From Eledone cirrhosa (lineage: Eukaryota), in the NCBI GenBank assembly GCA_964016885.1, contig OZ024747.1, positions 3,720,001-3,784,000 on the forward strand: a stretch of 64,000 nucleotides of DNA, read 5' to 3'. The position numbers and the translations under genes were made by a program. The notes under the pieces are model-generated. The model was not told the DNA's origin. It was given only the letters and a program-made list of their open reading frames with translations, and did no database searches. This document shows, piece by piece, positions 26,271 through 40,545 of this stretch. Every line of letters starts with the position of its first letter. The first letter of the stretch is position 1.

Positions 26271-26325
<55 letters not shown>

Positions 26326-26330
26326 TGTAT

Positions 26331-26369
<39 letters not shown>

Positions 26370-26370
26370 T
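25385..26370. repeat. (TA)/(TATG)/(CA) microsatellite fields
   Basis: Direct reading. Confidence 0.95.
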
Positions 26371-27437
26371 CTTTTTTGTTTAAATAATAAAAAAGAAGTG
26401 AAAAGGAATCACTTTATTGAAATTTCTAACGTAAATAAACTAGCACCAACGTTAGCGCCGACTTAAAAAAATTCTATAAGAAAACAAAAAGAGAAAGCAG
26501 CAACAGAATAAAAAGGTAAAACAATAATATAACCCAAAGTTAAAAGAAGGAAGGAAATAAGAAAGAAGTCTAAAGAAATTTCTCCTTTATCAAATACACA
26601 TTACAAACCATTAAATGTATCTTTTATACCATTAGGAAAAAGACAAAAGAGATACAAAAATATCTTTTCAACATCAGTCTTGAAGATTAGCTGGCAATAC
26701 GTATGTAGGCAAAGATTCCTATCAAAATGTCTGTAATGTAAATGAAACTCACTGTACTGCTTGGATCATTGATAAGAAGAAAAAATATACATATATATAT
26801 ATATATATATAAAACGCACAAAAAAATCTAGACATTAATTCTCTGGCATAAACAGGTAGTTATATGCAGTTGCAGAGTCCCATGTGTATCCAGCGATGCA
26901 TACTAAAATTGCAGCAAGTCCGATTTACAACTTGCCAGTATAATGGGGAAACATCTTGGGAGTTGTTCGTATTGATATTTTTGAAGAATGAGCTTCTGAC
27001 CAACATTGATACATTGATTTAAAGCAGAGTTTGTCTGGCATCAAACTAAAAACCCCAAGCTATAAAGAATGGAAAGACAAACTCTAGGAATAGAACTGCT
27101 TAACACATTAAACTCACGTAGATGTAGATCTGGTTAGAACTTTAAGTAAATAAATAGTAGTAATCTATTTATTTATTTCATACACATGTGAGATATATGG
27201 AATGACATATAAAATATTCTAAAGATGTAAAAAAAAAAAAACAGACATATCTAATACAACAGATTGTAATTGTTCTTGTTGGGGAGATCCTTGCAATATT
27301 TGTAGTCCTCACATTCTGAGTTCAGATTGTGCTGGGGTTGATAAAACAAAAGAACTGGACTCAGTGTGTTGCTGGGTAGCTCCCAGATCCATGCATGTTT
27401 GTGTACGTGTGTGTATGCTTGTACACATACATGTATG

Positions 27438-27473
<36 letters not shown>

Positions 27474-29001
27474 CAAACCCACACACTTATGCAATGGATT
27501 TCCATACAATTTCTGTTAAGCAAATTTAACACACAAGGCGCAAGGATATAATAAAAGACACTTGTCTAAGGAGCCCCTGTAGAGCTCATCTTGTTGTGGA
27601 CTATTATCATGTAGCATAACAAAACATGTAAGCCCCTATAGAGCTCATCTTGCTGTGGACTATTGACTATTTCAGAAAATAGCTAGAACACAAAACATTA
27701 CCACCATCGTTTAATGTCTACTAACAAGGGTTGAATGGGTCTACATAGACCAAGTCAGTACTTAAGCAGGGCTACCAACCTCCCAGACAGGCCAAGGATT
27801 TACACCGTGTTTAAATAATGTCTTACATCCTATCAAGTTTACAATGAAGGCTGTCATGTCTTGGCCATAACTGAGGGGTCTTCCCAACCTTTTGTTTGGC
27901 AAGCTTTCTACGACTAGATGCCTTTCCTAGCACCAATCACTGTAAGTTAAATGCTTCAAACAAAACTTGAACAAATTTGCTAACCACAGACTTTGTTAAC
28001 TAAAAAATTACTACCAACTATTTTGAGTAGCTCACATGTCATTATTTGATGTGTAAATGTCTAAAAATATTCCTTTTGATTATCCATTTACTAAGCAGAC
28101 TTGAATGGTTGTGCAATGGCAACTTTCATGTTTTAAAATATAGTATTACATAGCATGCTGAGGTGAGTCAAACATATGCTATTTCGAGAGATTGGTTAGT
28201 CACAGGGGTTATTGGAAATAATAAACAGGAATCTTTTGATCAATAGAGTAGCTTTTACTGATGTAACAGTTACAACCAGTCGATAATTTCATCTCACCTT
28301 AGGCTGGACTTGGAACAAAAACAAATCAATGTGTATTGCTTTTCTACGTGTCATTATTGACTCAATTTATTTTACAATTTTCTTTGGAAATGTTTATCTT
28401 TGTTGTTTTGGGAGGTGAAGTGGAAAGAGGAGGAGATAGTGTTGTTTCTCTTGTCTTTTATGTTATTCTTATTAGACTGTGTCTTGTAAAGAAGTTCAAT
28501 TCACAACTATCTTTATAGATTCTGGTTCAATTCTATAATGTGACAGTGAGGGCAAGTATCTGTTACTATATAGCCATAGGCTGACTAATACCTTGTTGGT
28601 GAATGTGGGGTATATGTAACTTCATCTGCAGCTGTTAGACATGGGTCGTTGTATGTCGTAGATGGTGTGAATGTCAACCAATACCAAATTAATTCAGTAG
28701 TTACTAGCATTATGTGGCATCATAGAAGTAAGCTGACCAACAATTCCTTGCAAATCTATGGCTTAAAAAGTAAGAATAGATTCTAACTTTGGCACTTGAC
28801 TAATTTAGGAGAGAATATAACTTAGGAATGTATATAATTGGAATCTATTGTAGGCATATATATTTTTTATATATATATATGTATATATATGTATAAATAT
28901 ATATGCATATGTATATATATATGTATGTGTATATAAATATATATATCATATATATATATACAGACACATATGTGTATATATATATATATATATACAGACA
29001 C

Positions 29002-29067
<66 letters not shown>

Positions 29068-29594
29068 GTATATATATATATATGTATTTATTCAGTGGAT
29101 GTGTATGGAAATTGTATCTCAGTATTTTCCCATGTGCATTAATTAATATAAGATATCACTTTGAAATTTGCATCTAAAAGTTTTCAATAGAATCCACCTT
29201 AAAATAGCCTCCAATTCTCATGAGGTCTCGTGCTATAGTGGTTGCATTTTAATATCACTGTTACCAAAAGAAATTCTTGTGTACAAAAGTCTGGTAATAA
29301 AAAAAATTATATATATATATATATAGTAATAATAATAAATTTGAAGACTAAAATCCAAAGAGGGCTCGATAGGGATAAATATATATCAGATATATTCACC
29401 GTTATGGGTGAAAGCAGCGATTCTTTGCTTAAACTTTAATCTGTTATTTTAATAAATATATATATCTATATATATATATATATATATGTAGGAGGTGAGT
29501 AATATTGTAGAACAATAAAACTATGCATATATCAGATAAGTAGCACTCAACAGTTGGTAGAAATTAATTTGTTAACCATCTTTTAATTTCTTCT

Positions 29595-29657
<63 letters not shown>

Positions 29658-29700
29658 AATATATATATATATTATTTATAAATATATATATTATATTCAA

Positions 29701-30400
29701 CATCATCATCATCAGCGTTTAACGTCTATCTTCCACGCTAGCATGGGTTAGATGGGAGTTGTCCCACTTGAGTCAAGGTTGGTCGGGTGACCGTGTCTCA
29801 CTCATATAGGACTATCTGGCAGGTTTTCTACAGCTGGATGTCCTTCCTAACACCAACCACATTTACAGTGTGGACTGGGAGGTTTTTACCGTGTTACCTA
29901 CATGACCACATTACAGCGTGGACTGTGTGTTTCTTTGTCGTGACACCTTCGCGATCTCAATCTCATTGTCTCATTAGTTTGGATTGGATGTTGTGGTAGC
30001 AACTTTACAGAGAGAGGGTGGTGTTGGTGGGAGTGGGACGATGGATTAGGGGTAGTGGATTGGGGTGTATTTTTGGTTAAGAGGTCCCTACTGACTGTAG
30101 GTTTCGCTTTGTACATAGGCAAGGCGGGTCTTCTGTATTAATGCATAGTGCCAAAGATCTCGGTCCAGTGACATTGTCTTAGAGAGATGTAAGTGTGTGA
30201 GGTCGGAATTTATCAGATCGTCCCAGGTTTTTCTGGGTCTACCTACCCCGTAACTTCCATCAATTTTGATCGCCCTGCACTTTTTTATACAGCTTTCGTC
30301 TTTCATGCACATCACGTGACCAAACCAACGTAGTCTTCTCTCAAGTAAACAACATCTGATCCCTCTTATTCCTAATTTCTCACTCATTTCATTTATGTTT
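29701..30400 (-). mobile_element. RTE LINE 3' end: ORF C-terminus, 3'UTR and (GAT)n tail
   Basis: EKLGIRGIRCCLLERRLRWFGHVMCMKDESCIKKC..GVGRPRKTWDDLINSDL..DRDLWHYA, followed by a UTR ending AACGCTGATGATGATG. Confidence 0.92.
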
Positions 30401-30514
30401 TGCAAAGTATTTCAAAAAAGAATTTGAGGATATTCCATAAGAGTTCTTACATTTTTGTCAGTGGGACTTTGTTGGGGTTGTCGGAGAAGTTCCAAAAGTA
30501 AATCATCTCGAGAC

Positions 30515-30581
<67 letters not shown>

Positions 30582-30645
30582 CATATATATATTATATATA
30601 TATATATATATACATATATATTATATATATATATATATATATACA

Positions 30646-30700
<55 letters not shown>

Positions 30701-30741
30701 CATATATATATTATATATATATATATATATATACATATATA

Positions 30742-30883
30742 TCATCATCATCATCATCATCATCAGGTTTAGCGTCCGTGTTCCACGCTTGCATGTGTTT
30801 GGACGGGGGTTTTCCCACTTGAGGCAAGAGTGGTTGTCTTGCTCGCATAGGACTGTCTGGCGGGTTTTCTACAGTTGGATGCC

Positions 30884-30968
<85 letters not shown>

Positions 30969-31236
30969 CATCATCATCATCATCATCATCAACGTTTAAC
31001 GTCCGTGTTCCACGCTTGCATGGGTTTGGACGGGGGTAGTCCCACTTGAGGCAAGAGTGATTGTCTTGCTCGCATAGGACTGTCTGGCAGGTTTTCTACA
31101 GTTGGATGCCCTTCCTAACACCAACCACATTTACAGTGTGGGTCTGGGAGGTTTTTACCGTGTTGCCTACACGGCCACATTACAGCGTGGACTGTGTGTT
31201 TTTTTGTCGTGACACCTACACGATCTCATTTGTTTC
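30742..31236 (-). mobile_element. Two 5'-truncated RTE 3'UTR copies within (TA)n
   Basis: Copies at 30742-30883 and 30969-31236, each starting with (CAT)n. Confidence 0.88.
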
Positions 31237-31241
31237 ATATA

Positions 31242-31323
<82 letters not shown>

Positions 31324-31468
31324 CATATATATATTATATATATATATACATATATATACATATATATATTATATATATATATACATATATATACATATAT
31401 ATATTATATATATATATATATATACATATATATATTATATATATATATATATATACATATATATTATA

Positions 31469-31499
<31 letters not shown>

Positions 31500-32154
31500 T
31501 ATATATATACATATATATATATTATACATATATATATATATATATATATAACTCAGTGTATTTTTAAACATAGATTATTTCTCCAAACTTCTGCTTCCTC
31601 TAAAATGTACCTTTTACATACATGAAAGTTTTTCTATTCCCAACAGTATCAGGAGCACCTGGCCAGTGTACAATATATGTGTTGGTTCCTTTTATGATGA
31701 TAATCTTTTGTTTACTAAATTGCTAAATCACGTGAGGAAATTACTTTACAAAAGTCATCTCACATTTCAAAAATGCTATAATTAAACTTTCCCAATCAAG
31801 GATGTTTTAGTAGCAAGAACCAGGACTTCATTAATTGTTTTGTGTGTCAGTACCAGTCAAGTACTGGGGTCAATTCTTCCTCTAATATCTCTTTCTCACT
31901 TCCATTCTCTCAGCTTCTGTCTTTCTTTGGAAGAAATCTGCTGAATTCAGACTCGGAGATGGGATGGGCTCCATCAGGTTTTTAAAATACCCTAGAAATG
32001 CTGTATGTCAATACAATACAGTGCCCCTAAAACTCTTTTAGAAGTTACAGGTCCATATCATACCAGAGTTGTGAACAGACATAGAAATCTCATGAATCTA
32101 TTCTCCCCTGCCAACATTGTCTCTCTAAAGTCTGTATTGAGCTCGGAAGATCAT

Positions 32155-32403
32155 CAAGCTGGTGTTTATTCCAGTTTTCGTGACATGAAGTGACTGAGAG
32201 TACAAGACTCCCCCCCTGGACAGGATGCCAGTCCATTGCAGGGTTAAACCCGCAGCTATTGCTGGTACTCATTTTCAGCTGAGTATACTGGAGCAACATG
32301 AAATGAGGTGTTTTGCTCAAAAACACAACTCAAAACCTAGCCCAGGAATCAAACCCATGACCTTATGATGGTAAGGCCAAGATCCTTGCCACTAGGCCAA
32401 GCA
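32155..32403 (-). mobile_element. CORE-like SINE, tail type C
   Basis: Homologous to 17850-18112. Confidence 0.82.
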
Positions 32404-32630
32404 TGAGCCAGTAAAATATCAAAAATGTGAAAGCCAAAGGGTCAGAAGGCTGCACCAGAACTGGGTGGCTACTTTCTTTATTGACACTGAACGGATGAAA
32501 AACCAAATCAACCTCGATGGGATTTGAATGCAGAGTTCAGTGAAGTGGAACAAATGCTACAATGTTTTCTGTCTGGTGCTCTAACATCTATACTAAACCA
32601 GTCTCTTAAACAATCAAATTTATTTTAATT

Positions 32631-32936
32631 CTGTGGTTCCCAACCTTTTGTGCACCATGCCCCACGTCAATATCTCAAAAATTATTATGCACCCCCCGCC
32701 CAACTTTGATATAAAAACATCGATGATCAAGTGCAAAGTGGAAACAAATTGGTGTATAGGTGTTATCAGATGCACAATAACGTGTGTGGTGGAGGAGGTG
32801 AGACAAGAGTTTCTGACAGTAATGTGTACCAAAGTTATATACAAAAGTAATAAAGTAAAACCTGAAGTTTGTTCTCATTAACATCATTTTAAAATTGCCC
32901 CCTTGTGAGGCATGCGCCCCATGCTGGGAATCACTG
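32631..32936. mobile_element. hAT (Charlie-like) MITE
   Basis: Ends CTGTGGTTCCCAACC and GCTGGGAATCACTG. Flanks TTTTAATT and TTCTATTT match 6/8. Confidence 0.72.
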
Positions 32937-33484
32937 TTCTATTTGCAAGTTCTTCCCAGTTTTTCTAAAACTAGTCTGCTATAATAATCCTCCTAAATGC
33001 CATTGCTTTTAATATTCATTCACCATTAGATAACCGAAATTAAAAACAAAACTAAAATTATGTACCATTAAAACTTGTATGAAAAACATATTTTATGATC
33101 GTGTTACTACATTAACAGTTCGTTTATAGTTAGTTATTGACTAATTGACATGTGTCTACAGACAAGCTTGGTATTTCAGGCAGCTTCATATCTTGGAAAA
33201 ATGTACTGACTTTGAAATATTTAATATATAATGGTTTCTGATTTAGGAACAAGGCCAACAATTTTGGGGGAAGGGAAAGTCGATTATATTGACCTAAATG
33301 TATTAAAATGTATTTTATTTTATCAACCCCATAAGGATGAACACGTGGAAAATGGATGTTAAATGATGATGATACAACTGAATAGGCAGAGATTTCTTGT
33401 ACAGTCTTAAAGCTAAACTTTCTAGAAAATAAAGAATAGCCCATTAAACCTAAGTCTAAAGTCTGTCCTGAGTTCGGAGACTCA

Positions 33485-33720
33485 AGCTTATCCCAGTTTC
33501 AGAGGCATTAAGCTACTGAGAGTACAGGACTTTCCTCTAGACAGGATGTCAGTCAATAGGATTAAACCCCCAGCTATTACTGGTACTCATTTTCAGCTGT
33601 GTATACTGGAGCTATGAGCTATGAAGTGTTTTGTTCAAGAACACAACACACAACCCAGGAATTGAACCCACAACATTATGATTGTAAGTCCAACACCCCT
33701 TACCAATATGCCACACAACT
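33485..33720 (-). mobile_element. CORE-like SINE, tail type C
   Basis: Homologous to 32155-32403. Confidence 0.8.
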
Positions 33721-34454
33721 CCATTGAACTGACCCAGAATATTACTGGTACTTATGTTATTGAAGTAAGGCTGAATCAGTTCTAATATTCAGAAGAAGAT
33801 ATAAAAATTGAATACCAATATTTTATTTAGCACTATCTATTGGTACACAAGGCCTTCTTACTCCCACACATACATACACTCACACAAATGCACACACACA
33901 CACAACTACATTATATATACACATATTTTTAAATACATATGTATGCATTCATATATACATATACACTCATAAATACACACTCAAAAACAAACATATTATA
34001 TACACATATCTTTATATACATATATATGCATTCATACACACACACATACGAACATATATATATATATATATAAAGCTGTAGGAGAAAAAATGTATAATTG
34101 TGTGACATTTATGCTTTCTTCATATAAATAAACAAATTGTAAACACTGGCCAAGATCTTTACTTGATACAGTCCTCTGTTGCATTCCTACTGGTGCAATG
34201 AACAGAGTCAAATGCTTGACCTTTTGTGATCAGAGCTAGGTATCAATATATATGTATCAATCACTCCTATTGACCTTTCCCCAGAAAGCTGGTTACTATT
34301 TCTGACACAACCCAACTGTTAGGCATGGTGTCTTTCACACTAACTCTCTCTCCCACCTCTTGCCCCACAAGGGGAGCTGCCTCTGTCACAGTGACCATTG
34401 CTGGCTGGTCACATGCCATCTCCAGAAAAGAAGGGCCTCACCATATCAGCTCTT

Positions 34455-35005
34455 TTAATTATTCACCTACCATACTTTGAATGCCTTGCTTCCCTGGGCA
34501 TGGATACATTAAAACTCCAGCATCTGACAACTAACCTGGTAGACAAGCACAAGATTAACCATCTTAACAACAACAACCTTGGGCACCTTTTTCAATTCCA
34601 TGTGTCTAATACACGTGGACATGCTTACAAAGTAAAAAAACAGCACAGCTCCCATGACTTCCAGAAACATTTTTTCATGCTCAGAGTTACTGAAGCATGG
34701 AACAAACTACCTGAATCAGTTGTTAGTTGTCGGGACACTGCATCTTCCAAAACTTTCAGGCTTCCCGAAATTCGCCAACACTACACCTGATATTCCCCTT
34801 CCTTACACTAACATTTGTACATTATTCTATATGACTTTACCTTTCATCCTTACGGGGTCGATAAAATAAAGTACCAGTAATGCACTGGGTATCTGCTGGC
34901 CTTGTGCCTAAAGTAGAAACAATTATTCTATATGCTATACATGCACCTTTGGTGAGTTGTAGTGCACCTGAGCACTGTACACAATAATTTCCATTATTTT
35001 ATTAT
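34455..35005 (+). mobile_element. CR1-like LINE 3' end, interrupted by a SINE
   Basis: LPYFECLASLGMDTLKLQHL..NTRGHAYKVKKQHSSHDFQKHFFMLRVTEAWNKLPESVV, plus a 3'UTR shared with 11398-11570. Confidence 0.9.
34834..34927 (+). mobile_element. 5'-truncated Deu/Nin-like SINE with 13-bp TSD
   Basis: TSD ATTATTCTATATG at 34821-34833 and 34922-34934. Confidence 0.9.
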
Positions 35006-35262
35006 GTCATACAGGTCTATATGAATATATATATATATCACTCTTGCCTCAAGTGGGAAAACCCCCGTCCAAACCCATGCAAGCGTGGAACACGGACGTT
35101 AAACGTTGATGATGATGATGATGATATATATATATATGTGTGTGTTAGGTAATTCCAAGGAAAAAAGAGTGCTCTATGTATAGAACAGAGCTATTTAATT
35201 TGAAAGTAAACAACACAATAATAATGGAGTAGTTATATATTGTGTTGTTCACTTTCTAATTA

Positions 35263-35292
35263 AATATATATATATATACACATATGTATATG

Positions 35293-35328
<36 letters not shown>

Positions 35329-35598
35329 CAGTATATATATGTATATATATATACAGTATATATATATATATATATACAGTATATATATATATATATATAC
35401 AGTATATATATATGTATATATATATACAGTATATATATATGTATATATATATACAGTATATATATATATATATATATACAGTATATATATATATATATAT
35501 ACAGTATATATATATATATATATACAGTATATATATATATATATATATCATATATATATATATACAGTATATATATATATCATATATATATATATACA

Positions 35599-35632
<34 letters not shown>
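35263..35632. repeat. (TA)n punctuated by CAG
   Basis: Direct reading. Confidence 0.95.
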
Positions 35633-35638
<6 letters not shown>

Positions 35639-36072
35639 ATGTAAAAGGTAAACAGAAATAACAACACAATCGGTACAGTATATGGAAGGGATATATTAGG
35701 ATAACGCTTAAATAGCAGGAAGAGGGTCTTAACGAATTTTTGATGTTTAGTGTTAAAGAATAAAAACTAATGATAAAATTAAATATATGTTAAAAACCGA
35801 CGCACCGAGAAATTGTGGCCCTACCTAAACTATTGGTAAGTCCAGTACTCTCTGTGGGAAGATATATCAATATAGTATCCTTCGTATTCTAAGTCGCATT
35901 CTTTAAACGTGACGTTCTGCCAACGAAAATGGTTACATTTCTATTTTACTCTTAACTCTCTGCTGTCCTTCTTTAAAACAGTATTTAGTCATGGAAGAGT
36001 TTTCTCCCCTTGACAGATCACGTCTGACAGATTTCTGCACACACGCACGTAGGAGACGGTGTACTTAATAAT

Positions 36073-36172
36073 TATTTCTACTTTTGGCACAAGGCCGGCA
36101 AATATCTCAGTGTATTACTGGTACTTTATTTTATCGACCCCGTAAGGATGAAAGGCAAAGTTAACCTCGTCA
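36073..36172 (-). mobile_element. 5'-truncated Deu/Nin-like SINE with 11-bp TSD
   Basis: TSD TACTTAATAAT at 36062-36072 and 36173-36183. Confidence 0.88.
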
Positions 36173-36868
36173 TACTTAATAATCACTTCACACTTACTCC
36201 TCTCTCTCTTACTCTCTCTCTTTTATTCTCACTCTCTCTTTCTCTCTCTCTTATACCTCACACTCTCTCTTACTCTCTCCCTCTAACTTTCTCTTACTCT
36301 CTCTCTCTCTCTCTCTCTTACTCTCTCTCTCTCCCTCTCTCTTTTCCACATGCACACACACACACACACACATACACACACATACACACACTTTCCAGTT
36401 TCCACCATCACTCACTTCTCCCTCTTTCTCACTCTTCACCTTCCATTTCCACTTCTCACTCAATCTCCCCCCCCCTCTGACCTCTACATCTCTCTATCTT
36501 CCTCTCCCTCTCCCTCTCCCTCTGACCACCACATCTCTCTATCTATCACTCCTGACTACACCTTGCAACACATTTGTGCACACACATACACACTCACACA
36601 CACTCACATACACTCACACACACACTCACACACTCACACACACACTCACACACTCACACATACTCACACACACACACGCGCACGCACACACACGCGCGCA
36701 CACACTCACACACACTCACATACACTCACACACACGCACGCACACACACACTCACACACACTCACACATACTCACACACACACACACACACACACGCACA
36801 CACACATACACACACACACACACCTCAAAGAAAACCAATCCCAATAGTTTTTATTATTTTCTTGTGTG

Positions 36869-37075
36869 GAGGGAGGTGGAGGGTCGGGCGCCATGCTTTA
36901 CAGCATAGAGTTACGGCCCTTTATGATCTGAGATCAAATCCTGCCAAGGTTAACTTTGCTTTTCATCCTTACGGGGTCGATAAAATAAAGTACCAGTAAT
37001 GTACTGGGGTCGATTTAATCGACTTTCCCCGCCCCCAAAATTGCTGGCCTTGTGCCTAAAGTAGAAACAATTATT
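36869..37075 (+). mobile_element. Deu/Nin-like SINE with 16-bp TSD
   Basis: TSD ATTATTTTCTTGTGTG at 36853-36868 and 37070-37085. Confidence 0.9.
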
Positions 37076-37695
37076 TTCTTGTGTGAAGTTATCCAATGTT
37101 GTTGTTGTTGTTATCCAATGTTGTTGTTGTTGTTATCCAATGTTGTTGTTGTTCTTCTTCTTCTTCCCATTGTAAAATCTTGAATAAAATAATCTCAGTG
37201 TTCTTGGGAAATATGGCAGTACTACTGGTATTGTATAATTTATTTTACCACTTATTATGTTTTGAGTAAAAGGCAGACCCTACAGCTCTTCCCGGTCCTC
37301 TAGACTGGGTGAGATAGACACTCTAGATATTCCAGTTAACATGTTTGATGCCAAACTCCCTGAAACAGACCCTTGTTGTGTTGTAATTTGCATAGTTTTG
37401 GTAAGGTTTTACTGATCACATGCCCTTCCTATTACCAACCACTTTATAGCATGGACTGGGTGTATTATTCATGTCACAGGCACTAGAGAATTTGTCTTAT
37501 TGCACTGAATGGTCCTCTCTACCCTGTATCAGATTTTATTCAGAGTGACTGCTCTCCTAGATGGGTTGCCTTCTTGATGACCTACAGAACCCATCTCTAC
37601 CCCGTGCAGTCATAGATAGATATGGACAGACAGACAGATAGATAGATATGGATAGATAGGTGGATTTCTAAATAGATAGATGGATATATATATAT

Positions 37696-37824
37696 AAAAT
37701 GAAGGAAGTGTGGTAAGGAACCATGTGGACCATAACGCACCAGAGTACTCGATACTTAGAGTAGTAGAGTGGGTAATAGGAAAAGAGTCAGGACCCCGAC
37801 GGCTGAGCTCCGGCCATTTCGACA
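37696..37824. mobile_element. Fold-back element leader plus left arm, copy D
   Basis: GTGTGGTAAGGAACCATGTGGACCATAACGCACCAGAGTACTCGATACTTAG..GGACCCCGACGGCTGAGCTCCGGCCATTTCGAC. Confidence 0.85.
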
Positions 37825-37909
37825 AACCAGAGACCCTCCCAAAGCATAACAATATCGGTTTCAACACATGTTTTCAGATAAAGAATCTTGCTAAACAAAT
37901 TCAGAAACG

Positions 37910-37984
<75 letters not shown>

Positions 37985-38829
37985 ACAGATCAGAAAATAG
38001 GTAGGCCAGTAAGTGGATAGGTAGGCAGACAGACAGACAAACAGGTAGGTAGACATAGAAATAGATAGATGGCTGGATTATTCTATAAGTGGAGAGATAG
38101 ATGATTAGATAAGAGGATATTTGGATTGTTAACCAAACAGATGGAGAAGAAAAAATATACGGAAGGAGATATTTTCTCTGGAATTTACAGTTTCCCTACA
38201 TTTTATTACATTTTTTTTTGCCATTTTTATCTATCTTTTTGTAACCTTTCAGATATACTCAGCTAAATGTCATCCATATGTTAAGGAACATAAGGGCTTA
38301 AATTAATAAGCAAATAGGGAGTTCAAGTACTCCCACTACTTCTTTATGCCATAATCAGAAAGGGTAAATAGTGAAATGCCTGGTGCCAACTGGGATAGAA
38401 CACACCACTATCTTTCCTTTATAATTCCAGTACCTTACAAAATATTTCAACAGCTTCTCTTGTTGTTGCTTGTTAATTATTATTATTGTTGTTGTCATCA
38501 TTATTTTCATCATCATCATCATGTTGTTGTTATTTTTATTATTATTAATATTTGCATTATCATGTCATCGAGGGACTGGACATTTAGGTTTGCTTACGCC
38601 AAATTCTTGGCAAAAAACATCTAATAATTCCTTGAAAGTCTTCATTTAGCAGCAATTAGACCACCCCATACCGTGAAAGTGCTTTGGTTTTGTTTCTTTT
38701 TTCTGTGTCTATCTATCTATCATCATCATCGTTTAACGTCTATCTTCCACGCTACCATGGGTCTATCTATCTATCTATCTATTTATCTCTCTCTCTCTCT
38801 ATATATATATATACACATCTATCTATCTA

Positions 38830-38895
<66 letters not shown>

Positions 38896-39127
38896 AAAAT
38901 ATATATATATATATGTAAAAAAAAAAAATAAAGGTAGATAGATATATATATATATGTATGTCTATCTATCTACCTTTATTTTTTTTTTTTTATATTTCTA
39001 TGGAGAAGACTTCTGTAGATTGGAGTTATATCTTCTACTGGCAGAGCAAGACCACTTCTTGAAAGGGATACAGATGATTGCACTGACCCTCAGAATATTA
39101 GTGGTGATCGTTATTTCATTAACAACT

Positions 39128-39268
39128 TAGAGTTACATCCCTTTATGATCTGAGTTCAAATCCCGCCGGGGTTAACTTTGCCTTTCATCCTTATGGGGTC
39201 GATAAAATAAAGTACCAGTAATGTACTGGGTAATTGCTGGCCTTGTGCCAAAAGTAGAAACAGTTATT
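39128..39268 (+). mobile_element. Deu/Nin-like SINE with 15-bp TSD
   Basis: TSD GTTATTTCATTAACA at 39110-39124 and 39263-39277. Confidence 0.88.
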
Positions 39269-40067
39269 TCATTAACAGCTGAATGATTTATGGCAGAGTG
39301 GCTGGAGGGAAAATGTTACTAAATATTCACCTTTTTTAGCCTCATTTCCACACTTTGAGATTTCTAAATACACAGAGTTCAAATCCTAGCATGGTCAACT
39401 TTGACTTTCAATCTCTCATAGTCAATAATATGAAGTACTAGTCCAGGATGGTGGATTAACAGAATCGTAAGAGCAACAGACAAAATTCTTTGTGGGATTT
39501 GTTCTAGCTCATTGCATCCTGAGCTCAAATCTTGCTGTGGCCTACTTGGGTGATAGACTTAATCCAGCACCTAGTTTTTAAACCAATTCCTGGTCATTGG
39601 CTGTCTTCAGAAGTATCCTCACTGTGGCAAACATTCAGACCAAGTCTTTAGCATTTACGTTGCTCTATATTTACTATTATATTTTCGCGGTAAAGTCTTT
39701 ACCTCACGTAGTTACCTCACATAATATCAAGTCTATGAGATTTTGATATTATTTATTTTGAGAAGAATACCTTAACATCAGTATGAGCAGCCAGTTATGG
39801 CCAGTTTGAACAGAAAGAGGTGAGAGAAATCTGGCTCGATATGGCCAGTTTAAATGCTAAAGGGTTAAGGACACCTTTCTCCTTCCAGATCCGGGTGGGT
39901 GGGGGGTGAATGCTCTGACACAATCCTCCTCATCAAATAGAGCCACCTCCCTCTCTCTACAGGGCTCTACTTCTTCTTCTTCTTCTTCTTCTATGAAAGA
40001 GAGTGAAAAAGAAATAGAGAGGGGGGGGGGTATATAGAGATAGAGATAGAGATAGATAAATAGATAG

Positions 40068-40545
40068 ATTTCTTTATTAGCCACAAGGGCGCAACAAGAA
40101 AGGGGACAATACAAAGACATGCCGGGGATTTTACATACAGTCGTGTAAAAAATATAAAAACAAACAATTTCAACAATCGAAATCCCCAATAGGGGGGAGG
40201 CGCCACAAATGGGTTGTTTAATACCCCGTCGATAGAACAACCCTCAACTCAAGGAGCGTGTTGTGCAAGAGCTCCTTTCTTCCTTTTGCTCCCTTCCTCA
40301 ACCTACAGGCTTATAAACAGAGAAGGCCCAATCACTCGGGCCATTTTCGCTTCATTCACCCACCTTTCAGTAAATTTACTGGGGTGCAGTGCCTCTCTCT
40401 CCACCCTGATTCTCCTTCTAAAGTGATACTTAAAGAATGGAATCAATTGTTGTCCGGAGAGAAAGGCATCTGTCCTCAGTCCTCTCAACCTCGTCCACCA
40501 TATAACTTCTTTCACCATAGCCACCGTACAGAGGAAAACCGCCTA
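40068..40545 (-). mobile_element. Tx1/L1-like LINE 3' end
   Basis: MAMVKEVIWWTRLRGL..FFKYHFRRRIRVEREALHPSKFTERWVNEAKM. The 3'UTR ends GTGGCTAATAAAGAAATC next to (TATC)n. A second copy lies at 45463-46120. Confidence 0.75.

Noticed and set aside
26830-27140. Possible minus-strand exons or micro-exon (CAG|ATCTACATCTAC|GTGAGT and a downstream open frame)
   Set aside because: The peptides are unrecognisable and the splice geometry is implausible. RNA-seq would be needed.
27572-27664. Local ~34-bp direct duplication; similar ones at 55968-56033 and 62144-62236
   Set aside because: Ordinary short duplications with no further structure.
38220-38305. Strong-looking acceptor TTTTGTAACCTTTCAG, with similar sites at 18310, 31646 and 31913
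   Set aside because: Short frames with no convincing donor or homology.
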